Positions 48,684-59,927 of a DNA stretch of 64,000 bases are shown piece by piece. The position numbers were made by a program, and so were the translations under genes. Every line of letters begins with the position of its first letter. The stretch's first letter is position 1. The notes below the pieces were generated by a model, which worked only from the letters and a program-made list of their open reading frames with translations, was not told the DNA's origin and did no database searches. Source of the DNA: Selaginella moellendorffii (Eukaryota; Plantae; Lycopodiophyta); NCBI RefSeq assembly GCF_000143415.4, contig NW_003314285.1, positions 1,063 through 65,062 on the forward strand. The letters run 5' to 3'.

Positions 48684-50675
48684 ATGAAAATTGGTGTGCG
48701 CCGCCGATCTTACCACTCCACCGCCGCTCTGCAGGGCTTCCGCCGGCTGATCCGCCCCCCCATTGACATCTCCAAGGTCGTCTCCTCCAGGGACTCGCCC
48801 CTCTCGTTTGTCTCCACGAATTGGCAGCGCGAGGGCGACGAGAATCACAGCCGATGGGTCAGCCGCGACGATGGCAGCATCGTCAAGCTCCAATCCCTCG
48901 CCAGGAGGGACATCGATCTCCTGGACGACGCCGACACGCAGGATCCCAGCGTCTACATCGCTCTCTTGAGGGAATGCGGGTGCTCGCGCGCCCTCGCAGA
49001 TGGGAAGAAGGTCCACGCCCATCTGTCCAGGGGCGGCCTCCACAGGGATCCGTACGTGGCCAATTTTTTGATCCAGATGTACGGCAGGTGCGAGAGCATG
49101 CGCGACGCCGAGGATGTGCTTCGATCGTTGCCCTGTCCAAACGTTATCTCCTGGAACATCATGATCACAGCATATGCCCGGAATGGGCATCTTGCAAAAG
49201 CAAAGAACACATTCGATGCTATGCTTGATCGGACGGTCGTTTCGTGGAATAGTATGATCACTGCGTATGCCCAAGACGGGCATGCTGGGGAATCTAAGAG
49301 GATTTTCGAAAGAATGCCTTTCTGGGCTGAAGTGTCGTGGACTACTGTCATGACAGCATATGCCCAAGATGGGGATTTGCTAGAAGCGATGAGTTTCTTT
49401 CAGCGAATGCCACACAGGGATGTGGTCGCCTGGACGACCATGATACGAGCTCATGCTCTTAAGGGCCTTTACAGGGATGCGCTGGTTTTGTTTCGGAGGA
49501 TGAACAGCGAGGGACTCAGACCGGACAAAGTTACGCTGCTCACGATTCTTGAGTCGTGTGACAGTCGGCTGGATGGAGCGGGGATTCACGCTTGCATCGC
49601 CGAGCTTGGGTTACAAACCGATGTAGCGGTAGGGACAGCGCTCATCAACATGTATGGGAGGTGTGGGTGCTTAGAGACTGCTCGGAGTATATTTGTGAAG
49701 ATCGAAGAGAAGGATGTGGTGGCCTGGACCGCGATGCTCAATGCTTACGCTGATAACGGGCACTTGAGGATCGCGGAGCTTATGCTGGAGAGGATGCCGC
49801 TCAAGAACTCGGTGTCTTTCAACGTGGTGATCACTGCTTTTGCTCGAAACGGCTACTTGTCCGAGGCCAGGGAGATATTTGACAGGGTGACGGACAGGGA
49901 CGCTGTGACTTGGACGACTTTGATCACGGCGTATGCTCAGCAGGGCCAGTGTAAGAAATCTCTCGAGCTCTTTCGGCTGATGGTGGTGGAGGGAGAACTT
50001 ATGGATAGAATCACGCTGGTGTCGATGCTCCACGTCTGTGCGGTTCTAGCGGTTTCGAGTGTTGGAGTGGCGATTCATGACTTTGTAGTCGGTGCAAAGA
50101 TGGCGATCGATGCTACTCTCGGCACTGCTCTCATGAACATGTATGGAAAGTGTGGAAGCATTGAGCGAGCTCGCAGCCAGTTCGATTCAACCCAGCAGAA
50201 AGACATCGTTTTCTGGAACTCCATGATCGCGCTCTACGGTCAGAATGGTCACGGGAGAGAAGCTCTAGACCTTTTCAGAGACATGGTTCACGATGGCATG
50301 GAGTGTAGCGACACAACATTAGGGAGTGTTCTCTCCGCGTGCAGCCACTCCGGCCTACAGAGACAGGGCCGAGATTTTTTCCTGGCAGTGGAGCAAGACT
50401 ATGGAGTTTCTCCCACGATCGAGCACTACATTTGCATCATCGATCTTCTGGCGAGAGGTGGACGAGCGTCGGCTGCTCGCGAGCTGATTGACAGCATGCC
50501 CTTTGAGCCTCATGCTGCGGCTTGGACGACGTTTCTAGCCGCCTGTAAAGCTCAAGGCAAAGCCGGGGAAGCAGCAGTAAAGACCTCAGTGGAAGAGCTC
50601 TCCAGCAAAGTTGGAGACGTTTTTCTTCTCGTTGGCGATTCCAGTACAAGTGCTGCTGCCGTCGCTGCTGGATGA
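48684..50675 (+). CDS. PLS-class PPR protein, truncated E region, no DYW
   Basis: Intronless 663-aa ORF; Arg/Ser-rich transit-peptide-like N-terminus; P-L-S triplets (ALINMYGRCG, DVVAWTAM). Confidence 0.92.
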   Translation: MKIGVRRRSYHSTAALQGFRRLIRPPIDISKVVSSRDSPLSFVSTNWQREGDENHSRWVSRDDGSIVKLQSLARRDIDLLDDADTQDPSVYIALLRECGCSRALADGKKVHAHLSRGGLHRDPYVANFLIQMYGRCESMRDAEDVLRSLPCPNVISWNIMITAYARNGHLAKAKNTFDAMLDRTVVSWNSMITAYAQDGHAGESKRIFERMPFWAEVSWTTVMTAYAQDGDLLEAMSFFQRMPHRDVVAWTTMIRAHALKGLYRDALVLFRRMNSEGLRPDKVTLLTILESCDSRLDGAGIHACIAELGLQTDVAVGTALINMYGRCGCLETARSIFVKIEEKDVVAWTAMLNAYADNGHLRIAELMLERMPLKNSVSFNVVITAFARNGYLSEAREIFDRVTDRDAVTWTTLITAYAQQGQCKKSLELFRLMVVEGELMDRITLVSMLHVCAVLAVSSVGVAIHDFVVGAKMAIDATLGTALMNMYGKCGSIERARSQFDSTQQKDIVFWNSMIALYGQNGHGREALDLFRDMVHDGMECSDTTLGSVLSACSHSGLQRQGRDFFLAVEQDYGVSPTIEHYICIIDLLARGGRASAARELIDSMPFEPHAAAWTTFLAACKAQGKAGEAAVKTSVEELSSKVGDVFLLVGDSSTSAAAVAAG

Positions 50676-50723
50676 TTCTCGAAAGCGGGGAAGAAACCAC
50701 CGTTTGAGTTTTGAAACTCTCAA

Positions 50724-53330
50724 CTATCCAGCAAACGCGAGTTCTACGTCGTCTTCTACTTCTACTGCTGGACGACGAGTTTGATCACGCAGCTTGTAGA
50801 TCGAAGACAGTAGCGCATATGGTGCCGAGTTCTCGGGATCCAACTTGAACGCTTGATGTGCCGCTCGTCCTCCCCTCTCGGGGTCCTTGTGCTCTCGACA
50901 CGCTCCCAGCAATGACGTCCACACCAGCGCCTCGGGCTCAAACGGCATGCCAAGTATCAAGTCCTCTGCGTCTCTCAGCCTGCCTGCCCGGGAGAGAATA
51001 TCAACCATGCAGACGTAGTGATCCACTGCGGGCTCAAGGCCAAAGTCTCCAGCCATGGACACGAAGCAACTCCAGCCATCTCCCGTCAAGCCGGCGTGGC
51101 TGGAAGCCGCGAGAACATTGACGAAAGTGCTCGAGTTTGGCTTGAGGCCGTCGAGAACCATGAGATGGAACTGCCCGAGAACGCTCGTCGCCAATCCATT
51201 CTGGCTGTAGGAGCTGAGGAGAGCGTTCCACGGCTCGACGTACTGCCGCAGCATCGCATCAAAGAAGGATTTTGCGTGCTGGATGCTCCCACACCTTCCA
51301 TACATGCTGACGATGGCGGTGCTGAGGACCGAGTCGGCTCTAAGCCCGGTGCTCATGATCTCGGCGTGGACCATCTTGGCCTTGAATTTGCTCGCGAGCA
51401 AGCAGCAAACTTCGCAAACGTGGAGGAAAGTCACTCGGTTCGGCCGCACTCCATCCAAGTCCATCTCTTGGAAGAACTTGAAAGCTTCCGCTGGGCAGCC
51501 GGCTTGCAAGTAGGCCTTGATCATCCCCGTCCAAGTCACTACGTCCTTCCGCTGCGTCACTCGATCGAACAGAGACTGCGCGTCGAAGATCGATCCACAC
51601 TGGGCGTAGGCGGTGATCATCGCGTTCCAGCAAGCCAGCGACGGTCTCGCCAGTCCATCAAACATCTTCTTTGCTTCGTCAAGGAAGCCATTCTGCGCGA
51701 GTGCCGCGAGCATCGCGTTCGTGGCCACCATGTCCGGATCGACCATCCTCTCGAACAGCGATTTCGCTTCAGGAACGCTGCCACACTTTCCATAGAGGTT
51801 GACGAGAGTGCTGGGGATGAGCATACCGGACTGGCACTTACAGTCGAGCACGCACTGGTGGAGGATCCTGGCCAGCGTCAAGTCGCCCAAGTTGGAGCAA
51901 GCCTCGAGAGCTGCGAGAAAGGTGGTGCGGTTGGGACGAACGCCCTCCATGTCCATGACTCGAAACAGCTGAATCGCCTCGCCGTGCTGCCAGTTTTGAG
52001 TGTGCGCGTTGATAAGCGCGGTCCAGGCAACCACGTCTCGATCGGTCATGGTGTCAAAGAGAGATTTTGCGTCGTGGAGATAGCCGTTTCGAGCGTAGCC
52101 CACGATGATGGCAGTCATGGAAACTCGGTTCCTTTGCGGCATTCGAGAGTAGCAAGCCAGAGCTTCATGGAGATGGCCGTTCTCGGAGTAAGCCGTCACC
52201 ATTGCCGTCCAAGAGACGACGTTCCACTGGGGCATGAGATGGAAGATCTCGCGAGCTTTGGCGATGTCAGCGTTGTGTCCGCCAAAGGCTGTGATCAGAG
52301 CCGTCCAAGCAACCACGTCCCGAGAGACCATGCTGTGGAAGAGGTGCATCACTTGCTCCAAGTCCCCCCACTTTCCGTGCATTGTGAGGAGTGCCGTGGC
52401 CATGGCGGTGTCGTCCTCGAGCCGGAGCTCGGTGAGCTTGGAGTGGATGTTCCTTCCGAGCTTCTCCAGCGAGAATTGCGAGCACGGGTCGAGCATGTTG
52501 AGGAAAGTCGATCGCTCGGGACGGATGCCTTCCAGATCCATCCTCTGGAAGCACGCGCAAGCCTCGGTGATCCTGTCCAGCTTCAAGTATCCACAGATTA
52601 GAGTGTTCCACAGACCAACATCGCCATGAGAGGCCGTCTCCTCGAAGAGTTGTCGCGCTTCTTCAATATGCCCGTTTGCGGCAAATGCTGAAACCATGGC
52701 TGTTCTTGCGGCTACGTTTTTATCCGGCATTCGATCGTAGAAAGACTTTGCTTCGTTCAAGATGCCTACTTTTCCGTATCCTTGAATCAGTGCTGTCCAG
52801 TTTGCTGTGCTTGGGTCGCTAAGCATCTCAAACAATCTCCTCGCCTCGTGAAGATGCCCTGCATTGGCATACGCTGTAATCATCAAGTTCCAGGTCACTT
52901 GATCCTTTACTTCCATAGAATCAAACAATCGTTTAGCTTCGTCCATATTGCCACCTTTTACGTATGCTGTGATTATGGTATTCCACGAAGAAACACACTT
53001 ATCTGGAGTACGATTAAACATCTCTCTCGCTTTCTCCAAGTACCCATTGCGGGCATATGCAGTGACTATGATATTCCACGAGAGCGATGTTTTGTCATCA
53101 ATCTTTGTAAACACCTCTCTTGCCTCATGTATACAGTTGTGCTTTGCGTACATCTGCAGCAGCAAGTTTCCACATTCCTGGCCTCGATCGAGGCCACCCT
53201 CTGCCAATGCCGAGTGGATGGTCCTCCCCTCTGCCAAGTTTCTCGTTCTAGCACATCTCCGCAAGATCTCCACATAGTTGCTGGAAACATCGGCGCAAAG
53301 ACCCCGAAAGGAAGACAAAGTGAACACCAT
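50724..53330 (-). CDS. PLS-class PPR protein with E-type C-terminus, no DYW
   Basis: ORF 50724-53375 with first ATG at 53330; PPR motifs throughout; ends MVDILSRAGRL...MPFEPEALVW...NSAPYALLSSIY. Confidence 0.92.
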   Translation of the reverse strand: MVFTLSSFRGLCADVSSNYVEILRRCARTRNLAEGRTIHSALAEGGLDRGQECGNLLLQMYAKHNCIHEAREVFTKIDDKTSLSWNIIVTAYARNGYLEKAREMFNRTPDKCVSSWNTIITAYVKGGNMDEAKRLFDSMEVKDQVTWNLMITAYANAGHLHEARRLFEMLSDPSTANWTALIQGYGKVGILNEAKSFYDRMPDKNVAARTAMVSAFAANGHIEEARQLFEETASHGDVGLWNTLICGYLKLDRITEACACFQRMDLEGIRPERSTFLNMLDPCSQFSLEKLGRNIHSKLTELRLEDDTAMATALLTMHGKWGDLEQVMHLFHSMVSRDVVAWTALITAFGGHNADIAKAREIFHLMPQWNVVSWTAMVTAYSENGHLHEALACYSRMPQRNRVSMTAIIVGYARNGYLHDAKSLFDTMTDRDVVAWTALINAHTQNWQHGEAIQLFRVMDMEGVRPNRTTFLAALEACSNLGDLTLARILHQCVLDCKCQSGMLIPSTLVNLYGKCGSVPEAKSLFERMVDPDMVATNAMLAALAQNGFLDEAKKMFDGLARPSLACWNAMITAYAQCGSIFDAQSLFDRVTQRKDVVTWTGMIKAYLQAGCPAEAFKFFQEMDLDGVRPNRVTFLHVCEVCCLLASKFKAKMVHAEIMSTGLRADSVLSTAIVSMYGRCGSIQHAKSFFDAMLRQYVEPWNALLSSYSQNGLATSVLGQFHLMVLDGLKPNSSTFVNVLAASSHAGLTGDGWSCFVSMAGDFGLEPAVDHYVCMVDILSRAGRLRDAEDLILGMPFEPEALVWTSLLGACREHKDPERGGRAAHQAFKLDPENSAPYALLSSIYKLRDQTRRPAVEVEDDVELAFAG

Positions 53331-53949
53331 CAAACATCCATAGCTCGCTCTCTTTCTTTCATAATAGACAATCAAACCAATACTATCGAGATCATCATCG
53401 TTGTGGAGCTTTCAAGCGCTCGTTCTCGCCGCCCCACTCGGCTCAGACAACGAGCTCCTCGGCCTCGTCCGCTCGACCAGATCCTCCCAGCAGATCAACT
53501 AAGCACCACAAATGACTTGGAGCGATCGTTGGGAGGAGCTCCCTCCAACATAACCTCAAAGAGCTCAGTTTTGCAAATAGTTTGTCTTCTGTATATACAA
53601 GAGTAGCAAGACATTCATTCATTTTTTACATCCATTGCTTTTATTTTCTTAAACTAGAAATCATTGTGTAAATTTCAGTTCCATAATAGCAAGCTAGTAG
53701 GGTTTAGGCTTTGGGTTAAGGTTTGTATGTATGATGTTTTATAGCATATGAGCTGAATTTTGAACACATTTTAGATGCCATATGTTAAGCTTGCCATTGC
53801 CATATATTCTTTGATGAATAATAAAAAGTGTTTTGCAAGTGAGTGGTTTCACAACTAATGAAGAAATTCTTGTATAAATAAGTGCTAAAGTGAGGGAAAG
53901 CTACAAAATAAGGGATCTTGAAGAATCTCTTTAATTGAATCACCAGCAT

Positions 53950-55480
53950 AGAGATTCAATGCCTTATCAACATATCTGTTCTAGATTAGGGATCTTGAGC
54001 ACACAATGGAGTTTTCATATGCAACCATCTCTCATCCAGCTCTCACACCCACCATTACTAATGTAAAAGTCTTTGCAGTGATTGAGAAAGCCTTGATAGA
54101 GCTTGTAGGGTACAAGAAGATTATTTAGCAGTAGCAGCAAATGTAGGAAAATATGCTCAAAGAGCTCTGCATTTGTCAATTACAACAAGTCAAGAAGCCA
54201 TAACATGCTCCATACTCTTGGTATTGCTTCCATTGTGATGTCATGATTCATAACACGGAGAAGTGCTAGAAGTTTCATTTAGAACTACAACCATCACGTT
54301 CTCAACATATTCAGGAGCAACTATTCACTAATAATAATGTTGCAACACAAGGGAAGGATCGCTACCAACAACAACTTGAGTAGCAAGCAATCAAGGTTAC
54401 ACCCTTGTCGTCTTCTAGCAAAGGGAAGGCTCCAATGGGATAAGTCAATGCCATTAGAATTGTTGAGGAGGAGTTCACAGTGACAATAGCCACAAGAGCA
54501 CAAAAGAAAAAAGCAATTGTTCAAAAGGAAATTGATCACAATCTAGCTTTTTCAGCAATCATTAATCCAACACCCAAAGTGGTATAGAAGCTCCTAATCT
54601 CATTTCTCCTACTTAGATATCCTTCACCTTCCTCTGGCAATTCCAAAGTCTTTGAGAGCACACTCTAGCAATTGATGGAGACACTTATCATCTTTTTGCT
54701 ACATGAGCTTTTGTGCACAATTCTTGGCATTAGACAGTGTCTTGAGGACTTTGTGAGGCCTATTGAAACCATAGCCCCTCTCCAACAAGATGTCCACACT
54801 ATTGACATTACTTCCTTTTTAGATCCAGATGCATTTTTTGCATCCATGGACTTGCAATATGATCTCTTTGGATGTGGCTATGTCTTCAAGTCTTTACAAT
54901 TTTGATCCTGAAGACATTTGCAAACCACACTATCATTCCTATAGGAATTTGTTGCAATGTTTAAGTCTACATCAATAGGGTGGAATCACTTTTGGACTTT
55001 GTGGTTGTAAACTATCAAAAGCTTAACTCCACACCTTTAAAGGATTTCTTGATCCTTGGATGAGTTTGGGATGATCAAGTTCGAGGCATCAGAAGCTAGC
55101 CACTCAGCATGATAGAGATTAGCGACGGTCACTAGACTTTTTGTCTTTACAATGTCTATGGACACTCTCTATTGGGAAAGCTTTAAAGATAGCCTCTAGA
55201 ACTGTGTAAGAGCCAATTGATCTCCTTCAAGCCAGAATTCTTGATGGGTTTTCCATACTTGCTAATTATTGTCTTTCCCAAGTTGATCAAAGATCCATCA
55301 CAGCCCAAGTTCGATGTGTTCCAATGCAATGCTATCCTCACAAAGGCTTCCCCAATCATCCTAGCAAAAACTCAATTTGATCAGATTGATGGCCAACTTC
55401 AAGAGTTATTGATCTTTTAAGAGGAGGCTTTTTTGACAATGCCATTTCTTTTTGAGCATGGGCCTTATATGGAGGATCTT
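53950..55480 (-). mobile_element. Decayed LINE (non-LTR) ORF2 remnant
   Basis: Interrupted RT-like motifs in the expected order: D.EKA.D-like (~54550), RQGCNL (~54400), EYVENV resembling YADD (~54305). Boundaries approximate. Confidence 0.45.
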
Positions 55481-56389
55481 CCCTCAATCACATCTTGGTC
55501 TCAAGGACTTTAGCATGGCACACTAGTAAAACATGTGTATTCCACAAAGTCCACCACCTTTGACACAAGAATAGGGATTGCGAGTAAGAACAACCCAACC
55601 TCTTTATTTGAGGAATAAGGCATGAGTGATCATGTGGTCAGTTTGGCCTCTTTATTTGAGGACCAAACTATTCCCACTTTCACAACTTTCCAAATACCAT
55701 CACTTATCTATCTTTGCATTGTAAGATTCAAATCCCTAAGCCTTAAAGTGGAGCTGAAAGTGTGCCACATGGCAATACTCAAAGTGAAAGTCTAACAATT
55801 GTAATATATTTGGACCAAAAAATTTAACTCAAAAAATTGAGAACAAAAGTGGAACTCTTAAAGAAGTACTTGAGGAATAAGCACAAGGCAATTGATAGGC
55901 AAGTCTGTAGGGGCTATGGGAGAGGTCTAAATGTGTAGTAGGGATAATAGGTAGGTTAGGTATAATTAACCAACCTAAGATATAGTTTAGCTCTTGCTTG
56001 TGTGCCTGTCTTTATTTTATGTCTAGCTTGGGTTTAAGCCCAAACTCCATACCATATTAGCTAGTGAAATATCTATATTTTTATGTTAGGCCATATTTGG
56101 CTCTGTTTTGCATGCTGATTTTGGCATTGGGATGCTAGATGCTTTAGGATTGTTCTTATGTCACTTTGTGCTCCTACACCTTCACTCTTTAGGTTGTATG
56201 CTTGGGAGTTGCTCCATACTTCTATCACTTCACTCCTTGAGATATACATTCGGAAGTTGTTCCATACTTTGATTATTTCACTCTTTATCTCCATGCTTAG
56301 GAGTTTGGCTTTGTCTCTTTATTTAGTGGCCCAAGGCTTTAAAATTTGGGTTTCACTTCATTGCCCTTGGCCTATGTGTCCAAGGGTTT

Positions 56390-58113
56390 TGTGAGACACA
56401 AAATCCCTAGGCCCCAAAGTGGAGTTGAAAGGGTGCCACGTGGTAGTGGCTGAAGTGAAAGCGAAACGAACGTAACACATTTAGACTAAAAGCTCCGACT
56501 TGAAAGGTTGAGAGCGGGAGTGGAACTCCCAACAAAGAGCTCGAGGAACAAGCACGAAGCGAGAAATAAGCGAGGCTCCAAAAACGGACCCAAAAGGACC
56601 AACACATGACACGTGGAAGTGTCCGAGATGGACCCGAGTTGGAGTCCGAAATGGAGTCCAAGATGGAGTCCGAGATGGACCTGAGTTGGAGTCCGAGATG
56701 GAGTCTGAGATGGACCCGAGTTGGAGTCCGAGATGGACCCGAGTTGGAGTCCAAGATGGAGTCCGAGGTGGACCTAGGATGGAGTCCGAGATGGACCCGA
56801 GTTGGAGTCTGAGGTGGAGTTTGAGATGGAGTCCAAGATGGACCAAAATGGAGTCCGAGAAGGACCTGAGATGGAGTCCAAGATGGAGTCCGAGATGGAT
56901 CGAGATGGAGTCCGAGAAGGACCCGAGATGGAGTCCAAGATGGACCCGAGATGGAGTTCGAGATGGACCGAGACGGAGTCCGAGATGGAGTCCGAGATGG
57001 ACCCGAGATGGAGTCTGAGAAGGACCCGAGATGGAGTCTGAGGTTGAGACCGAGACCAGGACCGAGACCGAGACCGGGACTAGGACCGAGACCGAGGCCG
57101 AGTCCGAGTCCGAGTCCGAGTTCGAGTCTGAGAGGGTGAAAGCCCAAAGCGTTCGTCTCCCAGACCCTAGGGGGTTTGGTAAGCTCCAAAAGTATAGTAA
57201 GGGGGAGGATTGTAGTGGAGCTAGTTTGGCCAGGAAAGGCCAGTTTGGCCCAGGAGGGTGATGAATTGACCACTGGGAAGTCCAAGACTAGAGTGAATAC
57301 AGACCGACAAGCGGGGTAGCTTGGTGAAGTGTTCAAGAGCCGGCTCTAGTTCCCCTGGGAGATCAACTGGCCGATGCTCCCAGTCCAAGTGTGGGTGGCA
57401 TTACCTACTTGGATACCTGGTGTGGCTCAATGGAACCTCGTTCTAAGCCTATGGCTAGAGCGCCTAAAGGTAGAAGGTGGGGAGAGTACCCACGGGGCTC
57501 GCGTAGGGCCACGGTGTTCCGAAATGTTATCCCGAAGTCCCAAATGGGGGAAAGGAGGAGGAGTAATCCTCTAGTGTAGTGACTACGGATACGGTCACAT
57601 GGTGAGGAAGTCCTAGAGGACAATGGGACTTAGTGGCCGAGCCTGCAAGCCTTGATCTAGTGGCAGTGTTAGTGAACATGGCCATAGACGGAAAAGGGAC
57701 TTGGTAGGAACTGACAAAGGGATGTTGGGGAAGGCTATTCCTCATGTCTGTGGGCATCCTAAGGATGCTAAGGAGTGGATCTGGGATGACCACTTGTGGA
57801 TGGATAACCCAGTCTTGGAGAGATTAGATTGTTATGCAAGTGGTTTTGGACCACCAGTGCGGCAAAGGTGAATGGGCATAGCCTTAGCGTAACGGGCTGA
57901 TATGTCAGTGGTACCTTTGGATGTCGATCTTGGGACTGGACACATGGAGCACTTGGACCAAGTGCAAGGGATGAGTGGCATAGATGCCATTCTCAGGACT
58001 AGCAAGTCCCAAGTACTGAATTGGACTTAAGGAGGTTGTGAATGAGGACTCCTCCAAGTGGTCAGAGGTGTGGTTAAGTGACTAAAGTAGAATGGAAAAT
58101 TTAGTTGCTTACA
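56390..58113 (+). mobile_element. Solo LTR (1724 bp); strand given relative to the second copy
   Basis: TGTGAG...CTTACA termini; 5-bp TSD GGTTT/GATTT; internal 11-12-bp minisatellite (gagtccgagatg/gacccgagatg) at ~56620-57130. Confidence 0.8.
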
Positions 58114-58626
58114 GATTTACACTCTGCTCTATAGTTATTTTATTGTAGATCACTATAGGGTAAAGGTTGAAAACTATATATGCTACACATAAGCTCATGC
58201 AAATAGTATATCTCAAATCTATCTAATGAGCCTAAGAAAATGTCGTGAATGTGACTTTGGGTATCGAAAGTTACCTGTCAACTATCCTTTCAAATATTCT
58301 TTCTTTACTGCCATGACAGTAGGAGGTTAGTATAATTGGTTCCCTTTATTAGCCCCTCTTGTTCAAGTGTTAATAAATTGTGCTTAGCACCTATACTTAG
58401 CTAGATGGACATAAGGGATGAACTCCTATATGTTTTTAACTGAGTATACTTGGCTTGACACTTAGTTCTCTTTTGCTCTGTTTTGCACTAGCTTGATAAG
58501 AACCCTCATGTATTGAGACTAGTCCCTTAATATTGCTGGATGATAGCTTACTATATCTGCCAAACACTAGATGTATAGTAGGGATAGTGGGTAGGTTGGG
58601 CATGGCCAAGCAACCTGAGGCATAGC

Positions 58627-59927
58627 TGTAAGCGACCAATTTTTCTATCCTACTTTAGTCACTTAAACTACACCTCCGACCACTTGGGGGAGTCTCATTC
58701 ACAACCTCCTTAAGTCTAATTCCAGACATAAGACTTGCTGGCCCCGAGAATGGCATCCATGCCACTCATCCTTTGCACTTGGTCCAAGTGCTTCACGTGT
58801 CCGGTCCCAAGATCGACACCCCAAGGTACCACTGACATACCAGCCCATTACACTAAGGCCATGCCCATTCACCTTAGTCACATCACCACAGCCTGACCAC
58901 TAAGTCCCACTATCCTCTGGGACTTTTTCACCACATGACCGTATCCTTGGTCTCCACACTAGAGGACTGTGCCTCTTCCATTCTATAGTCTGGGACTTTG
59001 GGACAACATTTCGAAACACCATGGCCTTACGCGAGCCTCATGGGTACTCTCCCCACTTTCCGCCTTTAGGTGCTCTAGCCATGGGCTTAGAGCGAGGTTC
59101 CATTGAGCCACACCAGGTATCCAAGTAGGTAGTGCCATCCACACTTGGACTGGGAACATTGGCCATTTGATCTCCCAGAGGAACTAGAGCCGACTCTTGA
59201 ACACTTCACCAAGCTACCCCGCTTGATAGTCCACATTCACTCTAGCCTTGGACCTCCTAGTGGTTATCCCATCACTCAACACCTGAATATAGCCTTCTTG
59301 GGCCAAATTGGCCTTTCCTGGCCAAATTGGCTCCACTAGAGTCCTCCCCCTACTATACTTTTGGAGCTCACCAAACCCCCCAAGGTCCGGGAGATGAACG
59401 CTTTAGGCTTTCACCCTCTCAGACTCAAACTTGGACTCGGACTCGGACTCGAACTCGGACTTGGACTCGGGCTTGGGCTTGGTCTTGGCCTCGGCCTCAT
59501 TCTTGGTCTCGGGCCTGGTCTCGGTCTTGATCTCGGTCCCGTTCTCGGTCTCGGCTTCGGACTCCATCTCAGGTCCTTCTTGGACTCCATCTCGGGTCCA
59601 TCTCGGACTCCATCTCGGGTCCATCTCGGATCCATCTCGGACTCCATCTCGGTCCATCTCGGACTCCACTCGGGTCCATCTCGGGTCCATCTCAGACTCC
59701 ATCTCAGGTCCATCTCGGACTCCATCTCAGGTCCATCTCGGATTCTTTTATTGCTCACTTCATGCTCGTTCCTTGAGCACTCTGTTGGGAGTTCCACTCC
59801 CACTCTTGACCTTTCAAGTCAGAGCTTTTTAGTCTAAACATGTTACACTCATTTGGCTTTCACTTCGGCCACTACCACATGGCACCCTTTCAGCTCCACT
59901 TTGGGGCTTAGGGATTTGTATCTCACA
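58627..59927 (-). mobile_element. Solo LTR of the same family in opposite orientation (1301 bp)
   Basis: TGTAAG...CTCACA termini; 5-bp TSD ATAGC/ATAGT; reverse-complement match to 56390-58113 with an internal deletion and a shorter minisatellite. Confidence 0.8.

Noticed and set aside
51018-52601. 527-aa + strand ORF and similar antisense ORFs over the PPR, UGT and TRAF genes
   Set aside because: Shadow ORFs caused by GC-rich codon usage of the real gene on the other strand.
56620-57130. CRISPR-like repeat array
   Set aside because: Tandem units without unique spacers, no cas genes, eukaryotic context.
56407-59837. ORFs with repetitive translations (MESEMD/SRTPS/LGLGLG)
   Set aside because: They arise from stop-poor minisatellites inside solo LTRs and are open in several frames; no sign of protein coding.
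56390-59927. Single DNA transposon with giant TIRs
   Set aside because: Each arm has its own TG...CA ends and TSD, so two separate LTR insertions fit better.
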